Shown: positions 1 to 10,024 of the stretch, piece by piece
Layout: the number at the start of each line of letters is the position of its first letter
Numbering within the stretch: the first letter of the stretch is position 1
Assembly: GCA_934167165.1 (NCBI GenBank)
Contig: CAKPKG010000002.1
Span: 33,306 to 97,305, forward strand
Direction of reading: 5' to 3'
Source of the DNA: an uncultured Clostridia bacterium
Lineage (GTDB): Bacteria; Bacillota; Clostridia; TANB77; CAG-508
Length of the DNA: 64,000 nt
Notes under the pieces: generated by a model
Told to the model about the DNA's origin: nothing
Databases searched by the model: none
What the model saw: only the letters and a program-made list of their open reading frames with translations
Position numbers and translations under genes: made by a program

Positions 1-1
1 T

Positions 2-1063
2 AGAAGACCAGTTCAAACTTATGTACTAGAATATGATGACGAAGTAATAAAAGAGGCAATAACTAGAGAGCTAGAAAGAGGAGGACAGGTATTCTATTTA
101 TACAATAAAGTAGAAAGTATAGAAAGAAAAGCAAATAAAATAAAAGAACTAGTTCCAGAATCAAGAGTTGGATTTGCTCATGGTAAAATGAGTGGAAAAG
201 AACTAGAAGATATAATGATAGAGTTTGTAGACCAAAAAATAAATGTACTTGTATGTACTACAATATTAGAGTCAGGAATTGATATTCCAAATGCTAACAC
301 AATAATAGTTGAAAATGCAGATAGATTAGGATTGGCACAACTTTATCAAATAAGAGGAAGAGTAGGAAGATCAAGTAAACAAGCTTATGCATATATAACA
401 TATAAAAAAGATAAACTAATGACAGAAGTCGCAGAAAAAAGATTAAAAGCAATAAAAGAATTTACTGAATTTGGTTCAGGATTTAAAATAGCAATGAGGG
501 ACTTAGAAATAAGAGGGGCAGGAAGTTTAGTAGGAGATATGCAACACGGTCACATGGAACAAGTTGGATATGATACATATTGTAAATTGCTAGATGAAGT
601 TGTAAAAGAAATGAAAGGTATTAAAGTAGAAGAAGAACAAGAAATTACAATAGATATAAATGTATCTAGCTATATACCAGATAGTTATATAGAAAACAGC
701 AGTCAAAAAATAGAAGTATATCAAAACATAGCATTATGCAGAAACAAAGAAGATATAGAAAATACAAAAAATGATATAAAAGATAGATTTGGAAAAATGC
801 CACAAGAAGTAGAAAACTTATTAGAAATTGCAAGAATAAAAGAAATCTGTAATCAAAAAGGAATAATAAAAATAACACAAAGAAATAATAATATTATAGT
901 TACATTTGCTAACAATGAAAGTTTTGATATGCCAATAGATGAACTTATAAAAAAATATGGTGACAGAATAAAATTTTCACCAGGCAAAGAACCATATATT
1001 ACATATAAATTAGAAGACCAAAGTGATATATTAGAAGAAATAAAGAATTTTTTAAAAATATAA
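2..1063 (+). CDS. mfd: Transcription-repair coupling factor Mfd, C-terminal part (5' end outside window)
   Basis: Frame 2 is open from base 2. The translation carries helicase C-terminal motifs (VLVCTTILESGIDIPNANT, QLYQIRGRVGRS) and a TRCF-type C-terminal domain. The ORF track reports it only from Met at 188. Confidence 0.9.
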   Translation, partial: RRPVQTYVLEYDDEVIKEAITRELERGGQVFYLYNKVESIERKANKIKELVPESRVGFAHGKMSGKELEDIMIEFVDQKINVLVCTTILESGIDIPNANTIIVENADRLGLAQLYQIRGRVGRSSKQAYAYITYKKDKLMTEVAEKRLKAIKEFTEFGSGFKIAMRDLEIRGAGSLVGDMQHGHMEQVGYDTYCKLLDEVVKEMKGIKVEEEQEITIDINVSSYIPDSYIENSSQKIEVYQNIALCRNKEDIENTKNDIKDRFGKMPQEVENLLEIARIKEICNQKGIIKITQRNNNIIVTFANNESFDMPIDELIKKYGDRIKFSPGKEPYITYKLEDQSDILEEIKNFLKI

Positions 1064-1119
1064 TTGCAAATGTTGTAGGGGCGGGCCCTGTGTCCGCCAA
1101 AAAAGAAAGGAAAACCAAT

Positions 1120-1909
1120 ATGGTAATCACAAGTAAAGATAATGAAACAATCAAAAAAATAAGAAAATTAAAAGAAAAAAAATACAGAGATATAGACAAA
1201 AAATACATTATAGAAGGTGTAAAATTAATAAAAGAAGCAATAGAAGAAAAAGCTGAAATAGACACAATAGTAGTATGCGAAAATTGTGTACAAACAGGAG
1301 AAATAGATTCAAAGACCCTATACGAAATTGCAAAATACAATTGTGTGTATGTAGATGAAAAAGTATTTAATAATATAACAGATGTGCAAAATCCACAAGG
1401 CTTGTTAGCTGTAGTAGATAAAAATTGCAAGGAACAACAAATAAAATATGATGAAGATGCAATAGTTATTTTAGATGGGATACAAGACCCTGGAAATTTA
1501 GGTACAATATTAAGAACAATAGATAGTGTACGGATTATCACAAGTTGTAGTATCTAAAAAAACTGGAGATATATTTAATCCAAAAGTAGTACGTTCAACA
1601 ATGGGAGCTATATTTAGAATAAATATAGTGCAAAGTGATGATTTAGTTGCCACAATAAAAGAAATAAAAAAACATAAATTTAAGGTAATAGCAACATCAC
1701 TTCAAACAAATGACAGTATATACGATATAGATTATAAAAAATCAGCAATAATAATAGGAAACGAAGCAAATGGAGTTTCACAAGAAGTAATGGAAACAGC
1801 AGATAAAAAAGTTAAAATTCCAATGCTAGGGAAAACAGAAAGCTTAAATGCTGCAGTAGCAACAGGAGTAATGCTATATGAATATGTAAGACAAAAATTA
1901 ATAAAGTAA
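1120..1909 (+). CDS. TrmH/SpoU-family RNA 2'-O-methyltransferase; reading frame requires a +1 shift at CGGA 1531
   Basis: ORFs 1090..1557 and 1526..1909 are the two halves of one SpoU protein (DPGNLGTILRTIDSV | GLSQVVVSKKTGDIFNPKVVRSTMGAIFR ... ESLNAAVATGVMLYE). The likely start is ATG 1120 after aaaggaaaa. Confidence 0.8.
1531..1534 (+). other. Candidate +1 recoding site CGG_A (gta CGG A tta)
   Basis: In-frame CGG; the 0-frame stops 8 codons later. Skipping the C gives GGA (Gly) and continues the SpoU domain. Confidence 0.6.
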
Positions 1910-1920
1910 AAAATAAAAAA

Positions 1921-1956
1921 ATTAAACGAAATGCTCTGTTTCGTTTAATTTTTTGC
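1921..1956. terminator. Bidirectional intrinsic terminator between convergent genes
   Basis: Hairpin attaaacgaa/ttcgtttaat flanked by an A-run upstream and tttttt downstream. Confidence 0.6.
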
Positions 1957-2478
1957 TAAAATTTCTAAAATTTGAGGATAAATTTCTTCTGCATTATTGT
2001 TCCAATTATCAGCTATTTTTTTTGCTTGTTCTCTTGTTCCAGCATAAACCTGAACTTCAAAAAGAGTTTGATTATTTTCTACTATTTTGCATTTTACACT
2101 ATATTCATTTTCGTTGTGAGGAATAAAATCACTTGTAATAGAAGCTTTGTTTTGAAATTCACCTAAAGTTTCTTTAAAACTATTATCAACTCTAAATTTA
2201 GCAATTCCAGGTATTATATCAGAAACTAATTCTAGTGCTTGTTTTCCTGCATCTGTAAGCTCATATAAATTCTCTCCGTCTTGTTCAAAAGTTATAATAT
2301 ATTTATTTTCTAATAAATCCAACAAAAACTGTTGAAAGTAAAAGTAATTCATATTATCTATTGTAATTGCTAACTTTAAAAGAGCATCATTGCTAATTGG
2401 CTTTGATACTTTATTTAAAATATATAAAATTAAAGCCTTTTTCTCGGCTAATGTTTCACTATCTGATGTTAATTTCAT
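1945..2478 (-). CDS. DUF4364-like putative regulator (hypothetical)
   Basis: 177-aa ORF with a winged-helix-like N-terminus (KKALILYILNKVSKPISNDALLKL). Resembles the clostridial DUF4364 family from memory. Confidence 0.55.
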   Translation of the reverse strand: MKLTSDSETLAEKKALILYILNKVSKPISNDALLKLAITIDNMNYFYFQQFLLDLLENKYIITFEQDGENLYELTDAGKQALELVSDIIPGIAKFRVDNSFKETLGEFQNKASITSDFIPHNENEYSVKCKIVENNQTLFEVQVYAGTREQAKKIADNWNNNAEEIYPQILEILAKN

Positions 2479-2550
2479 TAAAAATACCTTCTTTTAATTA
2501 TTTAAAATGAATTATATCATACATAGATAAAAAAGACAATAAGAAAAAAC

Positions 2551-2579
2551 TTGCAAAAATTATGTAAACATGATATAAT
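2551..2579 (+). promoter_or_regulatory. Sigma-A type promoter
   Basis: TTGCAA, 17 nt spacer, TGaTATAAT (extended -10), 30 nt upstream of ORF 2609. Confidence 0.5.
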
Positions 2580-2608
2580 AATAAACAGTTATTATAAAAG
2601 GTGATGAA

Positions 2609-3640
2609 ATGGAAAGAAATATTATAATTAATGAATTTGGCAATCCAGCCAAAAACTTTGGAATAATATTAAAAAATTTAGAAGAAATTGCTGAAAGAAC
2701 GGATACACCTATTCAAGAAACAATTAGATTGTTTATATTAGATTTGCAAAATTTATCTAGTGAAGAGTATGAAAAAAATATACAAGATATCAACGTAAAT
2801 GGTAAGATTTCTCCTGTTACAAAAAACAGTCTAATTGCATATTTGAATAAATCAATTAAAAAGTATAATGAATTAGACAAAAAAAGAGCAGGTAGAAAAA
2901 AACAAGATGTAAAAAAACAAGAATTAAAAGAAGTTTGGTCATCAATAGAAAGTGAAGCTATATTAAATAAACCAAAAGAAATGCGAAAAGAAGTTATAGA
3001 AGATCTAATTTTAAAAATAAGTGAAGGAACTGCATATGCAGAACTAAAAAAAGAGCAAAAAAGTTATGTGTTAAAAAAATTGAAGGAGTTAGAAATGAGA
3101 GAAAAAAAGGAAAAAGAGAATAAAGAAAAGAATATAAGTAATAAATGGAATGCAATAGTAAGAAAAGTTGATAAAGAAGCAAGTGAATCTGGAAAAAGTA
3201 AAATAGAAATTTGGGATATGATTGCCGAAACCGTTTTAGGGAAAAATGAAAAAGCACAAGTAAAAATAAGCGTTCCAGATGAGATGAAAGACAAAGTAAG
3301 GGCTTTAATAGAAGAACAAGAGGAAATAGAAGGAAAAGAATACTATGAAGCTGTAAAAAGATATACCCAAAATTTTGAGTTTTTAACAGGGTTTAGAGGA
3401 ATAAGTTTTGCTTTAAATGGACATAGAAAGTTTTCTCAACCAGAATATTCAAGAATGTTTGAAGGTTTAATATCAAGATTAAGAGAACATGAAAACGTTG
3501 AACATCCAGAAACAGAGGAACAACTTTTAAAAAGAGTTCTATCAGACGAATTAATAAATACATACTATGGAAAAAAGATTATAGCAGGAAGAATAGAGAG
3601 AATAGAAAAAGATAGATATAAAGCATATGTAAGAGAATAA
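2609..3640 (+). CDS. Hypothetical Lys/Glu-rich protein
   Basis: 343-aa ORF with RBS aaaggtga and a promoter upstream. No recognisable family. Confidence 0.55.
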   Translation: MERNIIINEFGNPAKNFGIILKNLEEIAERTDTPIQETIRLFILDLQNLSSEEYEKNIQDINVNGKISPVTKNSLIAYLNKSIKKYNELDKKRAGRKKQDVKKQELKEVWSSIESEAILNKPKEMRKEVIEDLILKISEGTAYAELKKEQKSYVLKKLKELEMREKKEKENKEKNISNKWNAIVRKVDKEASESGKSKIEIWDMIAETVLGKNEKAQVKISVPDEMKDKVRALIEEQEEIEGKEYYEAVKRYTQNFEFLTGFRGISFALNGHRKFSQPEYSRMFEGLISRLREHENVEHPETEEQLLKRVLSDELINTYYGKKIIAGRIERIEKDRYKAYVRE

Positions 3641-3866
3641 TTAATATTAGAAAGGGCAAAAATATATTTTGTCCTTTTTTGTCGATGAAAAGTTCTTTAC
3701 ATTCTAAAAAAATTATAGTAATATGTTTTTATCAAATTGCAAATCTGCAATTAAAAAAACATTTAATTCTTAAAAAGTTTTTATCTTTTTAAAAATCCAA
3801 AATTAAAACAATTTAATATTAAGGGGTGATGCGTATCTGATAACATACACTAAACGAAATATTTTT

Positions 3867-4418
3867 GTGGTTTCTTTAATTATCACAATTGTAATATTTT
3901 GCCTAATAGAGTTTACAGCTAGCAAGGTAGAAGCAATATATCTACAAAAAAAGCAAAGTATACAAACAGAAAACAAAGAAATTACAAAAAAAGAAGAGAT
4001 AGTACCAAAGAAATATGAGGAACCAAAAGAACAAAAGTGGGAAATAGAAATACCAAAGATAGATTTAATAGCACCAATTTCTGAAGGAACAAGCCAAGAG
4101 GTAATGCTAGAATATGTTGGACATTTTGAACATACAAATCTTTTAAATGGAAATGTAGGACTAGCAGCACATAATAGGGGTTATCCTATAAATTATTTTT
4201 CAAGGCTTAAAGAATTAGAATTTGGTGATGAGATAATATATAAACAAGGATATGAAACCCAAAAATACGTTGTAAATAATATTACAATAATTCAAGATAC
4301 AGATTGGTCATACCTTCAAGACACAGAAGAGAACATAATAACATTAATAACATGTGTAGAAAATAAACCTACACAAAGACGTTGTATTCAAGGAATAGAA
4401 ATTAAGGAGGAATTTTAA
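3867..4418 (+). CDS. Sortase family transpeptidase
   Basis: N-terminal membrane anchor; catalytic-type His (GLAAHNRG), ITLITC Cys motif and a downstream Arg (QRRC). The start is uncertain: the frame is open from 3807 and an RBS aagggg at 3821 suggests a non-AUG start near 3837-3840. Confidence 0.75.
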   Translation: MVSLIITIVIFCLIEFTASKVEAIYLQKKQSIQTENKEITKKEEIVPKKYEEPKEQKWEIEIPKIDLIAPISEGTSQEVMLEYVGHFEHTNLLNGNVGLAAHNRGYPINYFSRLKELEFGDEIIYKQGYETQKYVVNNITIIQDTDWSYLQDTEENIITLITCVENKPTQRRCIQGIEIKEEF

Positions 4419-5701
4419 TGAGAAAAAAATTAATATCAATAATAAGTATAATAGTTATTTTAATAGGATTAATTCCAATATCAAGTAAGGCAGCAGTACC
4501 AATAGATACAGCATATATATATGCAAATAAAAAAACAAATGGATTATTAATGTGGAATGGTTTAAAAATTCATACACATATGGCTGTATATAAAAAAGAC
4601 GGAAAAGAATATCCGGCATATTGTATGAATAGAGAATTACCTGGAGTAGAGATTGGAAGGTCACAAACAGTAGATGTAAAACAATTAGTAAACAACACAA
4701 AGATATGGAGAGCAATAATAAATGGATACCCATACAAAAGTATTTCTGAACTAGGGTGTAATACAGAAGAAGAGGCATATTTAGCAACAAAACAAGCGGT
4801 CTATTGTATGATTACAAATAGAGATGTAAATGAATATTCTGCAATAGGAGAAGCAGGAGAAAGAACTTTAAATGCATTAAGAACGATTGTGAATAATGCA
4901 CGAAATTCAAATCAAACAAAAGTAAGTTCAGAATTAACAGTAAACGAACAAGAAAAACTATGGAAGATTGATAATTTGGATGGTAAATATATTTCTAAAA
5001 CATTTTCAGTAACTGCAAATACCTCAATGAGCAAATACACAGTAAATGTTAAAAATTTAAATATAGAAGGATATAAGTTAGTGGACCAAAGTAATAAAGA
5101 AAAAACAGAATTTACAAACTCGGAAAAATTTAAAATACTTATACCAATACAAGAAGTAAAACAGGATGGAAATTTTTCAATTGAGGTATCGGCACAAGTT
5201 GCCACAAAACCTGTATTTTATGGAGAAAGCAGGGATAGCGGACTTCAGAGCTATGCGCTAACTGGATACACATACGAAGATGGCACAGGTAGTAAAAAAG
5301 TTTATTATACAAAAAACGAAACAAAAATAATAATTACAAAAACAGACGACAAAACAGGCAAAAAGCTACAAGGAGTTGAATTTGAATTATTAGATAAAGA
5401 TCAAAATAAAATTTATACAGAGATTACTACAAATAAAGATGGAATAGCAACAATAGACAATTTATTACCAGGTATATATTACATTAAAGAAACTAGAACA
5501 TTAGAAGGGTATCAATTGTATAGCAAACTAATAAAAGTAGAATTGGAACTTAATGAAGAAACAACTGTAAATGTAATTAATTCAGAAGAGGAGCCAGAAA
5601 TATATAAAGAAGAGAAAAAAACAGAATTAGCAGTAAAAGAGGAACAAAGCAGTATTAAAGTAAAAGAAACTGTTCAAAAATTACCTAAAACTGGAATGTA
5701 G
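4418..5701 (+). CDS. Surface adhesin with thioester-type domain, Cna-B/SpaA-type domain and C-terminal LPKTG
   Basis: Signal peptide; AYCMN Cys motif plus ATKQAVYCM (TQxA-like); KIIITKTDDKTGKKLQGVEFEL...PGIYYIKETRTLEGYQL (prealbumin-like fold). LPKTG is 2 residues before the stop. Confidence 0.75.
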   Translation: MRKKLISIISIIVILIGLIPISSKAAVPIDTAYIYANKKTNGLLMWNGLKIHTHMAVYKKDGKEYPAYCMNRELPGVEIGRSQTVDVKQLVNNTKIWRAIINGYPYKSISELGCNTEEEAYLATKQAVYCMITNRDVNEYSAIGEAGERTLNALRTIVNNARNSNQTKVSSELTVNEQEKLWKIDNLDGKYISKTFSVTANTSMSKYTVNVKNLNIEGYKLVDQSNKEKTEFTNSEKFKILIPIQEVKQDGNFSIEVSAQVATKPVFYGESRDSGLQSYALTGYTYEDGTGSKKVYYTKNETKIIITKTDDKTGKKLQGVEFELLDKDQNKIYTEITTNKDGIATIDNLLPGIYYIKETRTLEGYQLYSKLIKVELELNEETTVNVINSEEEPEIYKEEKKTELAVKEEQSSIKVKETVQKLPKTGM

Positions 5702-5716
5702 AATCTCACATCTTCC

Positions 5717-5745
5717 TTGACATCCCTTCAATTAGCATATATAAT
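5717..5745 (+). promoter_or_regulatory. Sigma-A type promoter for the CNNM gene
   Basis: TTGACA, 17 nt spacer, TATAAT. Confidence 0.6.
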
Positions 5746-5795
5746 ATTTGATGTAAAACTACATAAAAGTAAGAAGGGAAGAGTGAATTTATTAA

Positions 5796-7157
5796 ATGTC
5801 ACAAGTTATAGTATTAGCAATACTAATATTAATAAATGCATTTTTTGCAGCTACAGAAATTGCATTTATATCAATTAATGACGCAAAAATAGAAAAACAA
5901 GCAAAAGAAGGTAACAAAAAGGCAAAACAAATAAAAAAAATGCTGAGAGAACCAAGTAAGTTTTTAGCAACAATACAAATAGGAATTACACTTGCAGGAT
6001 TTTTATCAAGTGCTTTTGCAGCAGATGCATTTGCAGATGATTTAGCTCCGATGTTACAAAATTTAATGCCTTTAGGTTTGGCAGCATGGAGAAATATATC
6101 AATAATTTTAATTACAATTATACTTTCATATTTCTCATTAATTTTTGGAGAATTAGTACCAAAAAGACTTGCAATGAGAAACAGTGAAAAAATAGCTTTT
6201 GGAACAATAGGAATAGTAAGAGCAATCTCTATAATAACAGCACCATTTGTAAAATTACTTACAGCTTCAACAAATGGAGTATCAAAATTATTTGGAATAT
6301 CTGGAACAGATGAGGAAACCGTTACAGAAGAAGAAATAAGAATGATGGTAGATGTTGGAGAAGAAAAAGGTTCAATAAAAGAAGAAGAAAAAGAACTTAT
6401 AAATAATGTATTTGAATTTAACGATAAAGTAGTTTCTGAAATAATGATTCACAGAAAGGATATATATGCAATAGATATAAATTCAGATGTAGACAATATC
6501 CTAAAAGAATTAGATGAGTATAAGTATAGTAGAATACCAGTATATGAAGAAAGTATAGATAATATTGTTGGTATGCTATTTATAAAAGATTTGCTTGCAA
6601 ATGTAAAGAAAAAAGACAAAGTAAAGATATCTAAAATTATAAGAGAGCCATACTTTGTATCAGAAAACAAACCTATAGATGAACTTTTTAGGGATTTACA
6701 AAAAAATAAACATCAATTAGCAATAGTATTAGATGAATATGGTGGAACAGCAGGATTAGTTACAATGGAAGATATAATAGAAGAACTTGTTGGTAACATA
6801 TTTGATGAATATGATGACGAAGAAAAGGAATTTGAAAAGATTGATGATAATACATTTCTAATTAGTGGTAGTGTGTCAATACACGACTTAAGAAAAATCT
6901 TGGGTGTAGAAATACCAGAAGGCGAATATGATACTTTATCTGGATACTTAATAGAATTGCTTGGAAGAATTCCATCAGATGATGAAAAACCTGTAATAGA
7001 AACAAAAAGAGTAACTTACAAAATAGAAGATTACGAAGAAAAGAGAATATTATGGGTAAAAGCATGTAGAAACAATGTAGAAGAAGATAATGATGATGAG
7101 AATGATGAGGAAGATAGTAAAACAAGTAAAGAAGATACAGAAAAATCAGAGGATTAA
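5796..7157 (+). CDS. CNNM/HlyC-CorC family transporter (DUF21-CBS pair-CorC_HlyC)
   Basis: N-terminal TM domain, FGELVPKRLA motif, CBS region, and C-terminal GEYDTLSGYLIELLGRIP transporter-associated domain. Confidence 0.85.
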   Translation: MSQVIVLAILILINAFFAATEIAFISINDAKIEKQAKEGNKKAKQIKKMLREPSKFLATIQIGITLAGFLSSAFAADAFADDLAPMLQNLMPLGLAAWRNISIILITIILSYFSLIFGELVPKRLAMRNSEKIAFGTIGIVRAISIITAPFVKLLTASTNGVSKLFGISGTDEETVTEEEIRMMVDVGEEKGSIKEEEKELINNVFEFNDKVVSEIMIHRKDIYAIDINSDVDNILKELDEYKYSRIPVYEESIDNIVGMLFIKDLLANVKKKDKVKISKIIREPYFVSENKPIDELFRDLQKNKHQLAIVLDEYGGTAGLVTMEDIIEELVGNIFDEYDDEEKEFEKIDDNTFLISGSVSIHDLRKILGVEIPEGEYDTLSGYLIELLGRIPSDDEKPVIETKRVTYKIEDYEEKRILWVKACRNNVEEDNDDENDEEDSKTSKEDTEKSED

Positions 7158-7215
7158 TAAAACACAAAAGGCAAGCAGAATATAATGCTTGCCTTTATAA
7201 AAGGGAGAATAATAT

Positions 7216-8457
7216 ATGTATAATGAATTTGGAATAAAGGAAGATATAATAAAATTATCAAAAAAGGTAGAAAAAGATTTAGCCCCTATATTTAAAAATG
7301 TAGAAGAAGTAGAAGAATATAATAGTTTAAAGGTATTATCTGCATTCCAAAAATACAATTTATCAGAAATGCATTTTAATGGAACAACGGGATATGGATA
7401 TGGAGATATAGGAAGAGATACAATAGAAAATATATTTGCAGAAGTCTTCAAGGCGGAAGATAGTTTGGTAAGGACTCAATTTATATCTGGAACTCATGCA
7501 ATTTCTACATTGCTATTTGGAATACTAAGACCAAATGATACATTAATTAGTATATCTGGAAAGCCATATGATACTTTAGACGAAGTAATCGGAATAGTAG
7601 AAAATAAAAGTTCACTACAAAGCTATGGTGTAAAATATGAACAAATAGAGCTAGTTAATGATGACTTTGACTACAAAGCAATAGAAGAAAGAGTAAAAAA
7701 AGGTAATATAAAATTGATTGAAATTCAACGTTCTAGAGGTTACTCAACAAGAAAAACAATAGATTTAGAAAAAGTAGAAAAAGTAATTAAACTTATAAAA
7801 GATATTGATAAAAATGTAATTATAATGATAGACAATTGTTATTGTGAATTTGTAACTAAAAAAGAACCAATTGAAGTTGGCGCAGACGTAGTAGTAGGTT
7901 CTTTAATCAAGAATTTAGGCGGGGGAATTGCTCCAAATGGAGGCTATATAGCAGGAAAAAAAGATATAGTAGAATTAGCGGCAGAAAGATTAACAGCACC
8001 AGGGCTTGGAAAGGAAGTTGGACCAAGTTTAGGAATTAACAAACAAATTTTACAAGGATTATTTTTTGCGCCACAAGTTGTAGCAAGTAGTTTAAAAACA
8101 GCTATATTTGCAAGCAAAATGCTAGAAGAATTAGGTTACAATGTAGAGCCAAAATTTAATGATAAAAGAGCAGATATAGTTCAAACAATAGAGTTTAATG
8201 ATAGAGAAAAGTTAATAAGATTTTGCCAAGGAATACAAGCAGCTTCACCAGTAGACTCAAATTCTGTTCCTATGCCATGGGACATGCCAGGATATACAGA
8301 CCAAGTAATAATGGCCGCAGGAGCATTTACACAAGGCTCTTCAATAGAACTTTCTTGTGACGGACCAATAAGACCACCATATATAGCCTTTTTACAAGGA
8401 GGACTTACATATAGATATGGAAAATTGGGGATTTTAAAAGCAATTTCAAGATTATAG
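7216..8457 (+). CDS. Aluminium-resistance/Met-gamma-lyase-like PLP protein (YnbB family)
   Basis: 413 aa. GYGYGDIGRD, ISGKPYDTLDEVIG and SLIKNLGGGIAPNGGYIAGKK are typical of this family. Confidence 0.75.
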   Translation: MYNEFGIKEDIIKLSKKVEKDLAPIFKNVEEVEEYNSLKVLSAFQKYNLSEMHFNGTTGYGYGDIGRDTIENIFAEVFKAEDSLVRTQFISGTHAISTLLFGILRPNDTLISISGKPYDTLDEVIGIVENKSSLQSYGVKYEQIELVNDDFDYKAIEERVKKGNIKLIEIQRSRGYSTRKTIDLEKVEKVIKLIKDIDKNVIIMIDNCYCEFVTKKEPIEVGADVVVGSLIKNLGGGIAPNGGYIAGKKDIVELAAERLTAPGLGKEVGPSLGINKQILQGLFFAPQVVASSLKTAIFASKMLEELGYNVEPKFNDKRADIVQTIEFNDREKLIRFCQGIQAASPVDSNSVPMPWDMPGYTDQVIMAAGAFTQGSSIELSCDGPIRPPYIAFLQGGLTYRYGKLGILKAISRL

Positions 8458-8459
8458 GT

Positions 8460-8592
8460 GAATTGTAATTTCATGAAGTGTGAGGTTTGAGGTGCGAAGT
8501 GTGAAAAATATAGAAAAGCCTACGAAGCCACGGCCCTATAAATCTCACCTCCCACATCACACCTCTCACTTCAATTAAACAACTCCCAATTT
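8460..8592 (+). repeat. Intergenic palindromic repeat, copy A (MITE/REP-like)
   Basis: aattgtaatttcatgaagtgtgaggtttgaggtgcgaagtgtga...tcacctcccacatcacacctctcacttcaattaaac. One of 7 related copies; starts 2-3 nt after a stop codon. Confidence 0.85.
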
Positions 8593-8610
8593 ATATGAAA
8601 GGAAATATTA

Positions 8611-9855
8611 ATGAGAAATACAGTAATAATTGGAGGAGGACCTGCCGGATTGATGGCAGCGATTTCTTCTTCTAAAAATGGAGATAAAGTAACAATAATA
8701 GAAAAAATGCATTCTTGTGGAAAAAAATTGTTAATAACAGGAAAAGGAAGATGTAATATAACAAACAATGCCCAAATGGATAAATTCATGGAAAATACTC
8801 CAACAAACCCAAAATTCCTTTATGGGGTTTTTAATAATTTCACAAATAAAGATATAATAGAATTATTAGAAAGTGAAGGGGTAAAAACAAAAGTAGAAAG
8901 AGGAGAAAGAGTTTTTCCAGTTTCAAATAGGGCACAGGATGTTTTAGAAGCATTACTACATATATTAAAAAAGCAAAATGTACAAATATTAACTAATTCC
9001 ATGGCTAAAAGAATAACTACTGATGAAGAGAAAAATGTTTTGGGTGTAGAATTAGATAGTGGAAAAGAGATAAAGGCAGAAAAAATAATTATTGCAACAG
9101 GAGGCAAAAGTTATCCTGTAACAGGATCAACAGGTGATGGATATAAATTAGCGAAAGATTTAGGCCATACTATTACAAAAATAGAGCCATCATTAGTACC
9201 ACTTACATCTCATGATGAGGTTTGCAAGGAATTACAAGGATTATCTTTAAGAAATGTTGCAATACAATTGCGAATTTGTGATAAAGTAGTATATAAAGAT
9301 TTTGGAGAAATGTTATTTACTCATTTTGGGGTGTCAGGCCCAATAGTATTGTCAGCTTCATCATATTTGGTAAAAACAAAAAACATAGAACAAATTCTAA
9401 AAGAAGGCAAAGTAGAATTAGAAATAGATTTAAAACCAGCTTTGTCAGAAGAAAAACTTGACGCAAGAATATTACGTGATTTTGAGGAACAAAAAAATAA
9501 ACAATTTAAAAACAGTTTAGATAAATTACTACCACAAAAACTGATACCAGTAATAATAGAGAAAACAAATATAAATGAAAACAAAAAAATAAATGAAATA
9601 ACTAAACAAGAAAGGCAAAAATTAGAAACTGAGCTAAAACATTTTAAAATTAGCATAAATGGAACAAGACCTATAGAAGAAGCAATAGTAACATCAGGAG
9701 GAATAAATGTTAAAGAGATAAATCCAAAAACAATGGAATCTAAATTGATAAATGGATTATATTTTGCAGGAGAAATAATAGATGTAGATTGCTTGACTGG
9801 TGGTTACAATTTGCAAGTGGCATGGAGCACAGGATATACAGCAGGAATTAGTTAA
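8611..9855 (+). CDS. HI0933/BaiN-type NAD(FAD)-dependent flavoprotein
   Basis: N-terminal GGGPAGLMAA dinucleotide fold, LLITGKGRCNITN, and C-terminal VTSGGINVKEINPKTMESK...LYFAGEIIDVD. Confidence 0.85.
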   Translation: MRNTVIIGGGPAGLMAAISSSKNGDKVTIIEKMHSCGKKLLITGKGRCNITNNAQMDKFMENTPTNPKFLYGVFNNFTNKDIIELLESEGVKTKVERGERVFPVSNRAQDVLEALLHILKKQNVQILTNSMAKRITTDEEKNVLGVELDSGKEIKAEKIIIATGGKSYPVTGSTGDGYKLAKDLGHTITKIEPSLVPLTSHDEVCKELQGLSLRNVAIQLRICDKVVYKDFGEMLFTHFGVSGPIVLSASSYLVKTKNIEQILKEGKVELEIDLKPALSEEKLDARILRDFEEQKNKQFKNSLDKLLPQKLIPVIIEKTNINENKKINEITKQERQKLETELKHFKISINGTRPIEEAIVTSGGINVKEINPKTMESKLINGLYFAGEIIDVDCLTGGYNLQVAWSTGYTAGIS

Positions 9856-9987
9856 ATTGTAATTTCACGAAGTGCGAGGTTTGAGGTGAGAAGTGTGAGG
9901 AATAGAGAAAGGCCTGCGAAGCCTTGACCTTATAAATCACACATCCAACATCACACCTCTCACCTCAATTAAACAAATTCCAATTTG
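9855..9987 (+). repeat. Intergenic palindromic repeat, copy B
   Basis: Same family as copy A; overlaps the stop codon of the preceding gene. Confidence 0.85.
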
Positions 9988-10024
9988 CATAATTTCTCTC
10001 AAATAATAAAAAAAGGAAGAGTTT

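Noticed and set aside
1078-1098. GC-rich hairpin ggcgg gccctgtgt ccgcc between mfd and the methyltransferase gene
   Set aside because: It is striking in an AT-rich genome, but it is not followed by a T-run (an A-run follows instead). It is a single occurrence and I cannot assign a function. It may be a weak or processing structure.
666-1541. Antisense or overlapping ORFs in the track (e.g. 666..878-, 999..1541-, 2994..3294-, 33787..34155-, 37867..38373-, 39803..40240+, 45072..45386-, 51948..52310-)
   Set aside because: They lie opposite or overlapping well-supported genes. They encode Leu/Phe/Ser/Ile-rich low-complexity sequences typical of the antisense strand of AT-rich coding DNA, and they lack RBSs.
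5699-5795. TAG read-through after LPKTGM giving NLTSSLTSLQLAYIIFDVKLHKSKKGR as a sorting-signal tail
   Set aside because: The segment is only weakly hydrophobic. TAG is used as a normal stop by other genes here (spo0A, the pilin). The region contains a consensus TTGACA-17-TATAAT promoter for the next gene, which explains the sequence better.
8571-8789. ORFs overlapping the palindromic repeats (8571..8789 minus; 62361..62573 plus, MRFEVRSVKNIEKPTKPRPYKSHLSHHTSH...)
   Set aside because: They are read-throughs of the repeat element itself (His/Ser/Thr-rich translation of the CACCTC arms). They have no RBS and differ between copies.
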